A stretch of 64,000 nucleotides of DNA from an uncultured Alphaproteobacteria bacterium (lineage in GTDB: Bacteria; Pseudomonadota; Alphaproteobacteria; SP197): assembly GCA_938048755.1 (NCBI GenBank), contig CALIUG010000107.1, positions 3,994-67,993 of the forward strand, in the 5' to 3' direction. The notes beneath the pieces were generated by a model, which was given only the letters and a program-made list of their open reading frames with translations, did not search any database and was not told the origin of the DNA. Within the stretch, counting starts at the first letter, position 1; every line of letters begins with the position of its first letter. Below, in pieces: positions 27,836-40,396 of the stretch. The position numbers and the translations under genes are program-made.

Positions 27836-28618
27836 ATGGCTGAATTTCGACTGCCCAAGAATTCGCGTATCCGCAACGGCAAGGCCCATCCTGTCAATGA
27901 AGGCGCCAAGCGGCGCGCGCGATTCAAGGTTTACCGCTACGATCCCGACAGCGGCGAAAACCCGCAGCTCGACACCTTCGAAATCGATCGCGACAAGTGC
28001 GGGCCGATGGTTCTGGATGCGCTGATCAAGATCAAGAACGAGATCGACCCCTCGCTCACCTTCCGCCGTTCCTGCCGGGAAGGCATCTGCGGTTCCTGTG
28101 CCATGAACATCGACGGCACCAACACGCTGGCCTGCACCAAGCCGATCGACGAGGTGAAGGGGGATGTGAAGATCTATCCGCTGCCCCACATGGCGGTCGT
28201 GAAGGATCTCGTGCCCGATCTCAACAAGGCATACGAGCAGCTTGCGTCGGTGAAACCCTGGATGCGCAACGACACGCCTGCATCACCGGACAAGGAGCGC
28301 CTGCAGAGCCCCGAAGATCGCGAAAAGCTCGATGGCCTCTATGAGTGCATTCTGTGTTTCTGTTGCCAGACCAGTTGCCCCAGCTACTGGTGGAACGAGG
28401 ACCGGTATCTCGGCCCCGCCGTTCTGTTGCAGGCCTATCGCTGGATTGCCGACAGCCGTGACGAAGCGACCAACGAACGGCTCGACGAGCTGGAAGACCC
28501 GTTCAAGCTCTATCGCTGTCACACCATCATGAACTGCGCCAAGGCCTGCCCCAAACATTTGAACCCGGCCAAGGCCATTGCCGAAACCAAGAAGATGCTG
28601 GTCGAACGCCAGGGGTGA
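27836..28618 (+). CDS. sdhB: Succinate dehydrogenase iron-sulfur subunit
   Basis: [15 protein letters not shown] (2Fe-2S), [12 protein letters not shown] and [13 protein letters not shown] (4Fe-4S/3Fe-4S). Confidence 0.95.
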   Translation: MAEFRLPKNSRIRNGKAHPVNEGAKRRARFKVYRYDPDSGENPQLDTFEIDRDKCGPMVLDALIKIKNEIDPSLTFRRSCREGICGSCAMNIDGTNTLACTKPIDEVKGDVKIYPLPHMAVVKDLVPDLNKAYEQLASVKPWMRNDTPASPDKERLQSPEDREKLDGLYECILCFCCQTSCPSYWWNEDRYLGPAVLLQAYRWIADSRDEATNERLDELEDPFKLYRCHTIMNCAKACPKHLNPAKAIAETKKMLVERQG

Positions 28619-28669
28619 CGTTTCGTGACGTTTGTGGCTCAGCCGTTCATCATGGCAGCCACAGTCATG

Positions 28670-29329
28670 TCAGGGGCTCCAGATCATGGGCCAACTGACG
28701 TTGGCACCGCAGAAATCCGTTCCGCCGCGCAACACCAGAAGATCGCCCAATGCAGTGATCACTGGAGCTCCTGGAATCGGTTGATTCTTGCTGTCGACAA
28801 AGACGAAACCACCGCTCGCGGGATGACCAAGAACCGGTCCGCTCATGGAGCAAAGATGTTGGCTGGAGTTGTCCACGGCGCTGGCATCAATCGTTATGGT
28901 GCTCTCGTTGGCTTGGCTCACGTCAAGTGAGGCTCCAGCGTTCGCAGGAATCGCGTCGTAATTTCCGGACTTGGGGACGTCGCCCGACGTGCCGGTCATC
29001 GCAAGCATCGCCGTGATGCGTTTTTCAACAGTCTGGGCAATGCAAGTGCTGTCAGCGCTACAGGCGTCCCGTTCCGAGATGGCGTCACGCTGAGCGCTTC
29101 GTATCGCCGTTTCCTGTTCCGGTTTGGCGGCAAGCAGCGCCTGATAGGCGCGCGCCATGGCCAGATCGAGGGCCGACAACAGCGGGTCTGCGCAGATCGC
29201 CTTTTCGGTATCGGTCTGTGCCTTGGAGCACGCATAGCTCGGGCCATGTGTTTCGCCGGCTTGTGCATCGAACGCGAGTGACAGGATTCCGGCGGCCAGC
29301 ATGACGGCCACGTTTCGAACAGATTGCAT
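28670..29329 (-). CDS. DUF1311 (LprI-like) domain secreted protein
   Basis: Signal peptide MQSVRNVAVMLAAGILSLAFDAQA, then YACSKAQTDTEKAICADPLLSALDLAMARAYQAL, which is DUF1311-like (Cys pairs). Start placed at the internal Met; the track ORF is 28670..29464. Confidence 0.5.
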   Translation of the reverse strand: MQSVRNVAVMLAAGILSLAFDAQAGETHGPSYACSKAQTDTEKAICADPLLSALDLAMARAYQALLAAKPEQETAIRSAQRDAISERDACSADSTCIAQTVEKRITAMLAMTGTSGDVPKSGNYDAIPANAGASLDVSQANESTITIDASAVDNSSQHLCSMSGPVLGHPASGGFVFVDSKNQPIPGAPVITALGDLLVLRGGTDFCGANVSWPMIWSP

Positions 29330-29405
29330 CGGGCTACCCTGATCGTTGGCTGATTCTGATTCAGGTACAGCAGCTTTGTCTAGAGGCTGGTGATGAAGGC
29401 CTTTG

Positions 29406-30449
29406 TCAGCCGCCCACCATGGCGCCAAACACCATGCCGACGATAATCGCGCCGCCGATGCCAAGCATCATGTATGCGGCAAAGACCGGGGCCTTCACCA
29501 GGGACCAGACGGCCGCCATGGCGGGGATGGAACTGACCGCGCCGCCGACCATGAAGGCCATGCCCGCGCCTGCGCTCATACCCTGATCCATCAGGCCAGC
29601 AACCAGTGGCGGGGCGGCATAGCTGTTGAGATAGGCTGGCGCGCCGACAAAGGCCGCGATCACGATCGAGAGCAGGCCGTCTCCGCCGACCACCGGACCG
29701 ATGGCCTCTGCCGGGACATAGGTGATCAGCATGCCTTCCAGCAGATAGGCAAAGGCCAGCCATTTGATCAGAAAGATGGCATTGGCCGTGCCTTCGCGGC
29801 GGAACGTCTCGCGCCGTTCGGTTTCCTGCCAGAAGCACCAGACCGGCTTGCCCTCGAAAGGGGATGTGCTGCTGCAACATCCGCCGCCGGTGCGTGGGCG
29901 TAGGGGATCGGTAAAGGCGCCGGTGCGCATGAACGCCTGCAGGGCAAAGCCGCCCATCAGGCCAATGGAAACAGCAGCGATGGCCTTGCCCACGGCAAAC
30001 TCCCAGCCCAGAGCGCCAGCGGTGATGAAAAGGGTCGGCGGATCGATCAGGGGCGAGGCCAGCCAGAACGCCATAACGGCGGGCAGGGGCACACCCATCG
30101 CCAGCATGCCGGCAATGAACGGGATGACCTCACACGAACAGAACGGCGCCAGGCCGCCAAACAGGGCGGCCATCACGATCATGCGTGACGGCCTGCCCGT
30201 GAAGGCGCGCGCCACCACGTCTTCGGCACCGCTGGCTTTCAGATAGGCAATCAGCGCCACTGCCACGGCGATATAGGGCAGGGTGCCGATCAGTGCCCGG
30301 ATGGCAATCTCCAGAATCGGTGCGAATTCTTCCGGATCGAGAAGGAAAATGCCGATGGGGATGAGTGCGATCAGGAGCCAGACGCTGGTCAGGTATCCCG
30401 CTGTGCGCTTCAGGGCCGCACCGGTCGGGGCAAGACTGAGATCGGTCAT
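29406..30449 (-). CDS. DUF318/ArsP-family permease (putative organoarsenical/metal(loid) efflux permease)
   Basis: Polytopic membrane protein with the PFCSCE motif (ArsP TPFcSCS-like) in a TM segment. Coupled to the upstream ArsR gene. Start ambiguous between 30449 and 30521. Confidence 0.65.
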   Translation of the reverse strand: MTDLSLAPTGAALKRTAGYLTSVWLLIALIPIGIFLLDPEEFAPILEIAIRALIGTLPYIAVAVALIAYLKASGAEDVVARAFTGRPSRMIVMAALFGGLAPFCSCEVIPFIAGMLAMGVPLPAVMAFWLASPLIDPPTLFITAGALGWEFAVGKAIAAVSIGLMGGFALQAFMRTGAFTDPLRPRTGGGCCSSTSPFEGKPVWCFWQETERRETFRREGTANAIFLIKWLAFAYLLEGMLITYVPAEAIGPVVGGDGLLSIVIAAFVGAPAYLNSYAAPPLVAGLMDQGMSAGAGMAFMVGGAVSSIPAMAAVWSLVKAPVFAAYMMLGIGGAIIVGMVFGAMVGG

Positions 30450-30459
30450 GGGGTGTTCC

Positions 30460-30789
30460 TTACGCCGAAAGAGGCATGTTGCGCAGGGTGTCGGCCTGGC
30501 CCGGCTGCGAGCAGCACTCATGGGTCAGAAACTCGGCCAGCGCCTGAAGGCGGTCATAGGCCGCGCGGTTCAGGATGGTACGGCCCAGCTTTTCCTGTTC
30601 GACCAGACCTGCCGCCGCCAGAAACTTCAGATGGTGGGCCAGGGTTGAAGCGGGAATCCCGACCCGGTCCTGAATCTCTCCCACGCTCAATCCGCCCCCG
30701 CCGGCTTTCACCAGAGTCAGAAGCACCATCAGGCGCGGTTCCGAACCTGCTGCGGCAAATCCTTGGGCGGCTTCTTCCAGGGCAAGCAT
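30460..30789 (-). CDS. ArsR/SmtB-family metalloregulator
   Basis: wHTH LSVGEIQDRVGIPASTLAHHLKFLAAAGLV and a C-terminal ECCSQPG vicinal Cys pair typical of metal(loid)-sensing ArsR. Confidence 0.75.
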   Translation of the reverse strand: MLALEEAAQGFAAAGSEPRLMVLLTLVKAGGGGLSVGEIQDRVGIPASTLAHHLKFLAAAGLVEQEKLGRTILNRAAYDRLQALAEFLTHECCSQPGQADTLRNMPLSA

Positions 30790-30952
30790 GACGCGACTCC
30801 GTTGGTTCGTTAATTCGATATAACTAGAATTATCGAAATATAGCAAGCACCAACCTATCAAACGATCTTTCTGCATCACATCTGCGCGTCGACAAGCGCA
30901 CCAAATGCAAGCAAACTGGACCTCCGCTCGTCAGCATGAATGAGAAATTCTG

Positions 30953-31843
30953 ATGCAACGACTGCCCTCTGGCGTTTCTCTCAATGCCGTGCGTGCCTTT
31001 GACGCGGTTGCGCAAAGCGAAAGCATCAAGCTTGCCGCAGAGGCTCTGTTCGTCACGCCGGGTGCGGTCAGCCATCAGCTCAAGCAATTGGAGCAGGCTC
31101 TGGGTGTCCTGCTTGTTTCTCGCAGCAACAACGCCGTGACGCTCACCGACGAGGGCCGGGCGTTTGCAGCCAGCATCGGCCCGGCGCTCGAGACCATTGC
31201 CCAGGCCGCACAGCGGCTGACCCGTGATGCAAACAGTCTGGTCATGCAGGTCTCGGCAACCCTGGCCATGCGCTGGCTGATCCCTCGGTTGGATGGCTTT
31301 CGCGAGCAGAACCCGGCCATCCGTGTGCGTCTGGAGACGTTGAATGAAGTGACGACCCATGCGCAGGACGATGTCGACCTTGCCATCGTTTACACCCGTG
31401 GCACTTCACCCCACCGGCTGGCTCGCCCGCTGTTTGCCGACTGGTGCGGACTCTATAGTACGCGTGAGGTTGCCGAGCGCGTCAACGGCGTATCAGATCT
31501 CGTGACCGTACCACTCATCGCGGCGACACCCGATGACTGGGACTGGCACTTGTGGGCTTCAGCCCATGACGTCGACTTTGACCGGCTCAACCTGCGTCAC
31601 CGCTTCGACATTGATGATGCCGCGATTGCTGCGGCCCAGGCTGGCATGGGTGTGGTGCTCGCGCCGGAACGGTTTGTCCGTCGCGAATGTGAATCGGGCT
31701 CACTCGTTGCGATGCCTGGTACATCGGTGATGCGCTTCGGAACCTATTGGGTGATCCCTTCACCCACGGCAAGACGCCCGGTGGACTGCATGCTCAACTG
31801 GCTCGCCCAGGAGGTCGGCCAGGATGGCCAGCAGAATCTCTAG
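30953..31843 (+). CDS. LysR-family transcriptional regulator
   Basis: N-terminal HTH LNAVRAFDAVAQSESIKLAAEALFVTPGAVSHQLKQLE plus a LysR substrate-binding domain. Confidence 0.85.
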   Translation: MQRLPSGVSLNAVRAFDAVAQSESIKLAAEALFVTPGAVSHQLKQLEQALGVLLVSRSNNAVTLTDEGRAFAASIGPALETIAQAAQRLTRDANSLVMQVSATLAMRWLIPRLDGFREQNPAIRVRLETLNEVTTHAQDDVDLAIVYTRGTSPHRLARPLFADWCGLYSTREVAERVNGVSDLVTVPLIAATPDDWDWHLWASAHDVDFDRLNLRHRFDIDDAAIAAAQAGMGVVLAPERFVRRECESGSLVAMPGTSVMRFGTYWVIPSPTARRPVDCMLNWLAQEVGQDGQQNL

Positions 31844-32679
31844 AATCTGGGATGGGCGACCAGAATGACCAGTTCGACCTGGTGGTCGACCAGGGCCTGG
31901 CGGTAGTTACTGAACTTCTCACGTGCGTTGGCACCGGTCAGCAAGTGCAGGCCCAGAGGAGGGGGGGCGTCTGATTGGTCCGCCTTTGCAAACATCTTCT
32001 CGAAGAATTCCAGGGCGAAGTCGCGCAGGTTCTCTTCTTCGGAAACGATGAAACCGGCGTCATCCAGCAGCGTGATGCTCTCATCGCGGGTCTTCAGGGT
32101 GCTGGTATCGGCGGTCTCGGCCCAGGGCACGGGATAACGCATCCCGGACGTCGGCCCCTTCATGACATCGAACAGGCATAGCGGCGCATCGGGACGCAGA
32201 ACGCGGGCAGCCTCGCGCAGCAACAGATCGCGATCGGCGATGTTCATGGCGACATGGAAGCTATAGGCGGCGTCGAAGCTGTCGTCCTCGAAGGGCAGAG
32301 ACAGAGCGCTGCCGGTCTCGAACCTACATTGATCGGCCAATCCCATGCGTTGGGTCAGAAGGTCCGCGACCTCGATATAGGCCGGTGTCAGGTCGATCCC
32401 GGTCACGCGGCAGCCGCGTTCTGTGGCCAGACAGCGCGCGGCACCGCCAATGCCGCACCCGATGTCGAGAACATGACTGTCCTTGTCTGCTTCGAACAGG
32501 TCCAGCGCGATCAGGGTCGCGGCACGCCCGCCGGTGTGAAATTCGTCCACGGCGGCCAGGTCTTCTGGCTGAATCCGGTCAAGGTCGATGCCCTGTTGTT
32601 CCAGTCCGGCGAGAATGTCTTCGGCCAGACCCGACCGCTGGTAATGGGCCGCGACGGATTGTTCGAGTTCGTCTGTCAT
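31840..32679 (-). CDS. Class I SAM-dependent methyltransferase
   Basis: Motif I VLDIGCGIGG and post-I GIDLTP. Start at the ATG at 32679, which overlaps the stop of the upstream cyclase (TGATG). The track ORF extends to 33069 in frame. Confidence 0.7.
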   Translation of the reverse strand: MTDELEQSVAAHYQRSGLAEDILAGLEQQGIDLDRIQPEDLAAVDEFHTGGRAATLIALDLFEADKDSHVLDIGCGIGGAARCLATERGCRVTGIDLTPAYIEVADLLTQRMGLADQCRFETGSALSLPFEDDSFDAAYSFHVAMNIADRDLLLREAARVLRPDAPLCLFDVMKGPTSGMRYPVPWAETADTSTLKTRDESITLLDDAGFIVSEEENLRDFALEFFEKMFAKADQSDAPPPLGLHLLTGANAREKFSNYRQALVDHQVELVILVAHPRF

Positions 32680-33926
32680 CAAGCCAGCCTTTGATTGCAG
32701 TTGGGGGGAGCAAAGACCTCGATGGGCGCGGTTACGCCCTTCAGGGCCTGGCTGCCCAGCGAGAGCCATGGCTCTTCTAGAAGTCCGGCAAAGGCGGCGC
32801 TGGCCAGCACGGGTCTCTGCAGAACCTTTGTCAGGGCCTCGATGCGTGCAACCTGATTTGCCGCCGGTCCGATGGCCGTGAACTGCAGCCGTTGGGGAAC
32901 GCCGATATTGCCATAGGTCAGATCCCCGACATGGAGCGCAATACCGCAGCTGATGGCGTCGTCCCCTCGCTCCCTGCGTGGGATGTTCAGGGCTTCCAGC
33001 GCCTGCATGGCTTCCATGGTTGCCTTGCGTGCCGCCTCGGCTGCGGCCTGTGCGCCCATGGTCAGACACGGGAAGATGGCAAGCACGGCATCACCAATCA
33101 GCAGCAGTACTTCACCACCGTTGGCGATGACCGGTCCGGCCGTTGCCTCAAACATCTCGTTCAGCACATTCAGATAGGCTTCAGGCTCCAGCTTTTCGGC
33201 CAGGCGCGTCGAATTGCGCATGTCGGAATATAAGATGACGGCGTGCAGGGTTTCGGTGTCGCCGCGCTGAATGTTGCCGCCCAGAACCTTGGCCCCGGCA
33301 TTGCTGCCGACATAGGCACTCAGCAGGTTGCGCGAGATCTCGCCCTTGATGCGTACCTTGCAGGCAACCGCCAGCCGGGTTTTCACACGCCGCAAGGCGC
33401 GGATGTCTGCCTCGCTGAAACCGCTCTCCCGGTCGGTTGCCCAGGAAAGGAACATACCGTCGCCGATCTCCTGATCAGGCGAGACCTTCCCGAAGGGAAC
33501 ATGGGCAGCCAGATAGTCGGTGACTCCAGCGTCATGCAACTCGGTCAGCACTGGAAAATCGACCAGAGCATCGTCCCCCACAAGCTTGCGGCGGACGAAA
33601 GGAATGTCGTTTTCGACCATGTGAAAAAATGGGCTGTCTCGGAACATCGCGTTGCCCGTGGCGCCATGGGGCATCTCGAAGGTGTCCACGCCCTTTCCCT
33701 GTTCCCAGACCAACCAGATCGCCTCGAACAGCGGATGCAGCGTGCGGTAACTCACCAGCGCGCGCGTGATCGGCACACCGGCGGCGCGCAGGCGACGGCA
33801 GCAGCCATCGACCAGCTCGACCATGCCGGTATTGGCCAGCGCCTGTTCCATCAGCCAGTCGGCGACGACATCGATCAGCGCGCCGTCAAGGCTGGGATTG
33901 CGCAGGGGTTCGGACATCACAGTCAT
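32679..33926 (-). CDS. Class III adenylate/guanylate cyclase with N-terminal sensor-like domain
   Basis: CHD catalytic domain AVILYSDMRNSTRL...GDAVLAIF...IALHVGDLTYGNIG. Start ambiguous between 33926 and 33992. Confidence 0.75.
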   Translation of the reverse strand: MTVMSEPLRNPSLDGALIDVVADWLMEQALANTGMVELVDGCCRRLRAAGVPITRALVSYRTLHPLFEAIWLVWEQGKGVDTFEMPHGATGNAMFRDSPFFHMVENDIPFVRRKLVGDDALVDFPVLTELHDAGVTDYLAAHVPFGKVSPDQEIGDGMFLSWATDRESGFSEADIRALRRVKTRLAVACKVRIKGEISRNLLSAYVGSNAGAKVLGGNIQRGDTETLHAVILYSDMRNSTRLAEKLEPEAYLNVLNEMFEATAGPVIANGGEVLLLIGDAVLAIFPCLTMGAQAAAEAARKATMEAMQALEALNIPRRERGDDAISCGIALHVGDLTYGNIGVPQRLQFTAIGPAANQVARIEALTKVLQRPVLASAAFAGLLEEPWLSLGSQALKGVTAPIEVFAPPNCNQRLA

Positions 33927-34159
33927 CGGCCCAATATGGGGCGCAGGGCACGCTACGCCAATGTGTAGTTTTGTCTGTCTGCCCGGAGACACGCAGTCGT
34001 TCAGGGGATTCAGATACGTGTGAATGTCCCGAGTCTCTCCGGAGTCCGGTTTTTTGCCAGAATCCCCTTGCGATTCACCATGCAGGCTGGTTGTTTAGCG
34101 GCCCATTCCACACCTGACAGATGACCGGCGGCCCCATGTGCTGCTGGGAGGATTTTACG

Positions 34160-36656
<2,497 letters not shown>

Positions 36657-36738
36657 CCTGTCCTACGCGCGCGTGACATCCTGCAGAGATGCGGTATCGT
36701 CCTTGCGGGGCAAGACGAAATCCTTGGGAGGGATCGCG

Positions 36739-37212
36739 ATGACGATAGGTAATGGAATGCGCATGTTTGCAGCAGCGCTGCTTGTGATGGTGGTCTCGCT
36801 GCCGGGCGTACGGGCCGAGGAGTCTCACGGGACGGCGGAGGAAGCCCAGATCATGGTGGGCCAGGCTGTGGCCTATTTCGATGAGGTCGGCGCCCGGAAG
36901 GCCTTCACGAAGTTCAGCGATGATCCCGCTCCGATGTTCCTCAAGGGCGATCTCTATGTTTTTGTCATAGACGGGAACGGCACCATCGTCGCGCATGGTG
37001 TCGATCCTTCGCTCATCGGTCGTGATGCCACGCAGCTCGAAGATGTCGATGGCAAGAAGTTCGGCCAGGAAATGCTGAGCGAAGCCAGCATGGATGGCAC
37101 CTGGGTCGACTACAAATGGAAAGACCCGCTGACCGATGCCATCGAACCCAAGTCAAGCTGGGTGGTCCTGCATGATGGGTATGTCTTTGGCGTGGGCATC
37201 TACAAGCCATAG
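36739..37212 (+). CDS. Standalone periplasmic single-Cache (sCache_2-like) domain protein, paralog 1
   Basis: Signal peptide MRMFAAALLVMVVSLPGVRA. The body EAQIMVGQAVAYFDEVG...DLYVFVIDGNGTIVAHGVDPSLIGRD...DGKKFGQEM...DGTWVDYKWKDP...PKSSWVVLHDGYVFGVGIY matches the sCache_2 pattern (DLYxFVxDxxGxxxAHP...GKxxxxEM...GGWVxYxWxxP...KxSYV...GVY). It has no TM or output domain. Confidence 0.6.
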   Translation: MTIGNGMRMFAAALLVMVVSLPGVRAEESHGTAEEAQIMVGQAVAYFDEVGARKAFTKFSDDPAPMFLKGDLYVFVIDGNGTIVAHGVDPSLIGRDATQLEDVDGKKFGQEMLSEASMDGTWVDYKWKDPLTDAIEPKSSWVVLHDGYVFGVGIYKP

Positions 37213-37219
37213 ACCCGGT

Positions 37220-37684
37220 ATGTTGCGCCAGGTCCTGATCGCGCTTTGTCTTATCGCGGTGCCGTTCGGCGCTCTTGCCGATGAGCATCGCGGCTCGCCG
37301 CGTGAAGCACAGGCCATGGTCGAACGCGCGGTCGCGCTCTATGACGCTGAAGGGATGCAGGCGTTCCGCGAGTTCTCCAAGTCCGCATCCTCGGATTTCC
37401 AGGACAGAGACCTCTATCTCTTTATCATCGATCAGGCCGGCTTCATGGCCGCCCACGCGTTGTTTCCCGATGCTGTTGGTCAAAGTGCGATCAATGCCCG
37501 GGACCCAGAGGGCAAGTACTACGTGCGTGAAATGCTGGAGCGGGCAACCGAATCGGGCGTCTGGATCGATTACGTGTTCAACGATCCCCTGCTGGGCTTC
37601 CCCGTTCCGAAATCAGCCTGGGTCGTGCGCCACGACGGGTTTCTTTTCGCCTGCGGTATCTATGCCGGTGAACTTGGCGTTTGA
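37220..37684 (+). CDS. Standalone periplasmic sCache_2-like domain protein, paralog 2
   Basis: Same architecture: signal peptide MLRQVLIALCLIAVPFGALA, then DLYLFIIDQAGFMAAHALFPDAVGQ...EGKYYVREML...GVWIDYVFNDPL...PKSAWVVRHDGFLFACGIY. Confidence 0.6.
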   Translation: MLRQVLIALCLIAVPFGALADEHRGSPREAQAMVERAVALYDAEGMQAFREFSKSASSDFQDRDLYLFIIDQAGFMAAHALFPDAVGQSAINARDPEGKYYVREMLERATESGVWIDYVFNDPLLGFPVPKSAWVVRHDGFLFACGIYAGELGV

Positions 37685-37723
37685 TGGCGGTTGCGACAAC
37701 TCGGAAGAAGGGGTGCTGACCTG

Positions 37724-38182
37724 ATGAAACAACTCCTGATTGCCTTGTTCACTCTGGTAGTGATGGGCGCGTCCACAGTCTGGGCTGATGACAGCCGCGG
37801 CACGACGGGCGAAGCCCAGAAGCTGGTGGCTGATGCTATTGCATTCTTCGATGACGTCGGCGCGGAAGCGGCCTTTGCCGAAATGAACTCGGGCGAGTCC
37901 CGGTTCGAAGACCGTGATCTCTATATCTTCGTGGTTGCCCAGGACGGCACTGTCGTTGCCCAGGTCGCCGACCCCGGTCGGGTCGGTATGGATGCGCGCA
38001 CCCTGCGCGATGCTGCCGACACCGCCTACGGCACTATGATCGTCGATCACGCCACGCCGGACGGCGTCTGGGTCGAATACCTGCGCGAAGATCCCCTGAC
38101 TGGTGAAGTCGCGCCCAAGGCAAGCTGGGTTGTCCTCCATGACGGTTACATCTTCGGCTGCGGTGTCTATCTGACCCAGTGA
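37724..38182 (+). CDS. Standalone periplasmic sCache_2-like domain protein, paralog 3
   Basis: Signal peptide MKQLLIALFTLVVMGASTVWA, then DLYIFVVAQDGTVVAQVADPGRVGMD...DGVWVEYLREDPLTGEVAPKASWVVLHDGYIFGCGVY. Confidence 0.6.
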   Translation: MKQLLIALFTLVVMGASTVWADDSRGTTGEAQKLVADAIAFFDDVGAEAAFAEMNSGESRFEDRDLYIFVVAQDGTVVAQVADPGRVGMDARTLRDAADTAYGTMIVDHATPDGVWVEYLREDPLTGEVAPKASWVVLHDGYIFGCGVYLTQ

Positions 38183-38307
38183 GCATTCTGGCCTGAAAAC
38201 GCGGGGATACGTGGCGTTCGTCCGGTTGTTATCGTCCGAACCGATGGTATGGTGACAGCACTGGTTCTTATTCCCATGTTTCGGAGCGTCGCCCTCAGGG
38301 CAAATCC

Positions 38308-39477
38308 ATGAATCTGCACGAATATCAGGCCAAACAGGTCCTCGCGTCCCACGGTGTTTCTGTGCCGCGTGGCGAAGTGGCCGGCAATGGCGACGAGGCG
38401 GTCGCCGGCGCCGAAAAACTCGGGGGCGATCTCTGGGTCGTCAAGGCGCAGGTCCACGCAGGTGCGCGGGGCAAGGCAGGCGGCATCAAGGTCTGCAAGA
38501 CCCATGATGAGGTGCGCCAGGCGGCCGATGGCATGATCGGGGAACTTCTGATCAACCACCAGACCGGGCCCGCCGGAAAGCCGATCCACAAGGTTTATGT
38601 CGAGGAAGGTTCCGACATCGCGCGCGAGCTTTATCTCGCCTTGCTGGTCGACCGCGACAGCAGCCGTATCGCCGTGATCGCTTCGACCGAAGGCGGCATG
38701 GATATCGAAGAGGTCGCAGCCAGCACGCCCGACAAGATTGTCTCGCTCAGCATCGATCCCGCCAGCGGCCTGATGCCGTTTCACGGCCGCCGTCTTGCCG
38801 CCGCGCTCGAGCTGGAGGGCGATCAGGTCAAGCAGGCAGGCAAGCTGCTGGGCGCGATGTACGCCACCTTTCTGTCGAGCGATGCCAGCATGCTCGAGAT
38901 CAATCCGCTGGTCGTGACCAAGGCGGGCGATCTGGTCGTGCTCGACTGCAAGTTCAACATCGATGACAACGCCATGTTCCGTCACAAGGACCTGGCCGAG
39001 ATGCGCGACGAGAGCCAGGAAGACCCGGCGGAGCTTGAAGCCCATGAAGTCGGGCTCAACTACATCAAGCTCGATGGCACCATCGGCTGCATGGTGAACG
39101 GTGCAGGTCTTGCCATGGCGACCATGGATATCTGCAAACTGGCCGGCGGCGAGCCTGCCAACTTCCTGGATGTCGGTGGTGGTGCGACCAAGGAGCAGGT
39201 TGCCTCGGCCTTCCGCATTATTGTGTCGGACCCGAACGTGAAAGCCATTCTGGTCAACATCTTCGGCGGCATCATGCGCTGTGACGTCATTGCAGAAGGC
39301 ATCGTTGCCGCGGCCAAGGAACTGGATCTTCAGGTTCCCGTTGTCGTGCGCCTGGAAGGCACCAATGTCGATCAGGGCAAGAAGATCCTGGCCGATTCCG
39401 GACTGGCGCTGACGCCTGCCGATGATCTCAGTGACGCTGCGGCCAAGGCCGTGGCTGCCATCAAGGGAGAAGCCTGA
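38308..39477 (+). CDS. sucC: Succinyl-CoA ligase [ADP-forming] beta subunit
   Basis: [12 protein letters not shown] and the ATP-grasp fold; 389 aa. Confidence 0.95.
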   Translation: MNLHEYQAKQVLASHGVSVPRGEVAGNGDEAVAGAEKLGGDLWVVKAQVHAGARGKAGGIKVCKTHDEVRQAADGMIGELLINHQTGPAGKPIHKVYVEEGSDIARELYLALLVDRDSSRIAVIASTEGGMDIEEVAASTPDKIVSLSIDPASGLMPFHGRRLAAALELEGDQVKQAGKLLGAMYATFLSSDASMLEINPLVVTKAGDLVVLDCKFNIDDNAMFRHKDLAEMRDESQEDPAELEAHEVGLNYIKLDGTIGCMVNGAGLAMATMDICKLAGGEPANFLDVGGGATKEQVASAFRIIVSDPNVKAILVNIFGGIMRCDVIAEGIVAAAKELDLQVPVVVRLEGTNVDQGKKILADSGLALTPADDLSDAAAKAVAAIKGEA

Positions 39478-40352
39478 TGGCCGTTCTCGTCAATCGCGAT
39501 ACCAAGGTCCTGGTGCAGGGTTTCACCGGCAAGACCGGCACCTTCCATTCCGAACAGGCCATGGCCTATGGCACCCAGGTTGTCGGCGGTGTCACGCCCG
39601 GCCGTGGCGGCAGCAGCCATCTCGACCGGCCCGTTTTCGACACGGTCGAGCAGTGTGTCACCCATACCGGTGCGAACGCTTCGGTCATCTATGTGCCGCC
39701 GCCCTTTGCCGGTGACGCCATTCTCGAAGCCGTCGATGCCGGCGTCGAACTGATCGTTGCCATCACCGAAGGCATTCCGGTGCTCGACATGGTGCGGGTC
39801 AAACGTGCGCTGCAGGGTTCGGGCTCGCGCCTGATCGGGCCCAACTGTCCCGGTGTCATCACGCCGGACGAATGCAAGATCGGCATCATGCCGGGCCACA
39901 TCCACAAACGCGGCAAGATCGGTGTGGTCTCGCGCTCAGGCACGCTGACCTATGAAGCCGTCCACCAGACAACCGGTGTCGGTCTGGGTCAGACCACCTG
40001 TATCGGCATCGGTGGTGACCCCGTCAACGGCACCAACTTCATCGATTGCCTGGAAATGTTCCTTGGCGACGACGAGACCGAAGGCATCATCATGATTGGC
40101 GAGATCGGTGGATCGGCCGAGGAAGACGCGGCCGAATTCATCCGGCAGGACAAACGCAAGAAGCCCATCGCCGGGTTCATTGCCGGTGTCACCGCCCCGC
40201 CGGGCCGTCGCATGGGTCATGCCGGTGCCATCATTTCAGGCGGCAAGGGCAAGGCCGAAGACAAGATCGAAGCCATGCAGAGTGCGGGCTTCACCATTGC
40301 TGATTCTCCCGCAAGCCTGGGCACAGCCATGCTGGCGGCGATGAAGGGTTAG
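39477..40352 (+). CDS. sucD: Succinyl-CoA ligase alpha subunit
   Basis: Phospho-His loop SRSGTLTYE and GxxGHAGA. Stop/start overlap with sucC (TGATG). Confidence 0.95.
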   Translation: MAVLVNRDTKVLVQGFTGKTGTFHSEQAMAYGTQVVGGVTPGRGGSSHLDRPVFDTVEQCVTHTGANASVIYVPPPFAGDAILEAVDAGVELIVAITEGIPVLDMVRVKRALQGSGSRLIGPNCPGVITPDECKIGIMPGHIHKRGKIGVVSRSGTLTYEAVHQTTGVGLGQTTCIGIGGDPVNGTNFIDCLEMFLGDDETEGIIMIGEIGGSAEEDAAEFIRQDKRKKPIAGFIAGVTAPPGRRMGHAGAIISGGKGKAEDKIEAMQSAGFTIADSPASLGTAMLAAMKG

Positions 40353-40396
40353 AGACCTAACAACCTGGAGGCCGCAACAGGCGGCAGAAAGCGTCC

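Noticed and set aside
34029-34056. CTCCGGAG palindrome followed by a T6 run in the cyclase/mmsA divergent intergenic region, considered as a terminator
   Set aside because: The palindrome is too short to form a stable stem and there is no upstream plus-strand gene to terminate. It is more likely a short protein-binding palindrome or chance.
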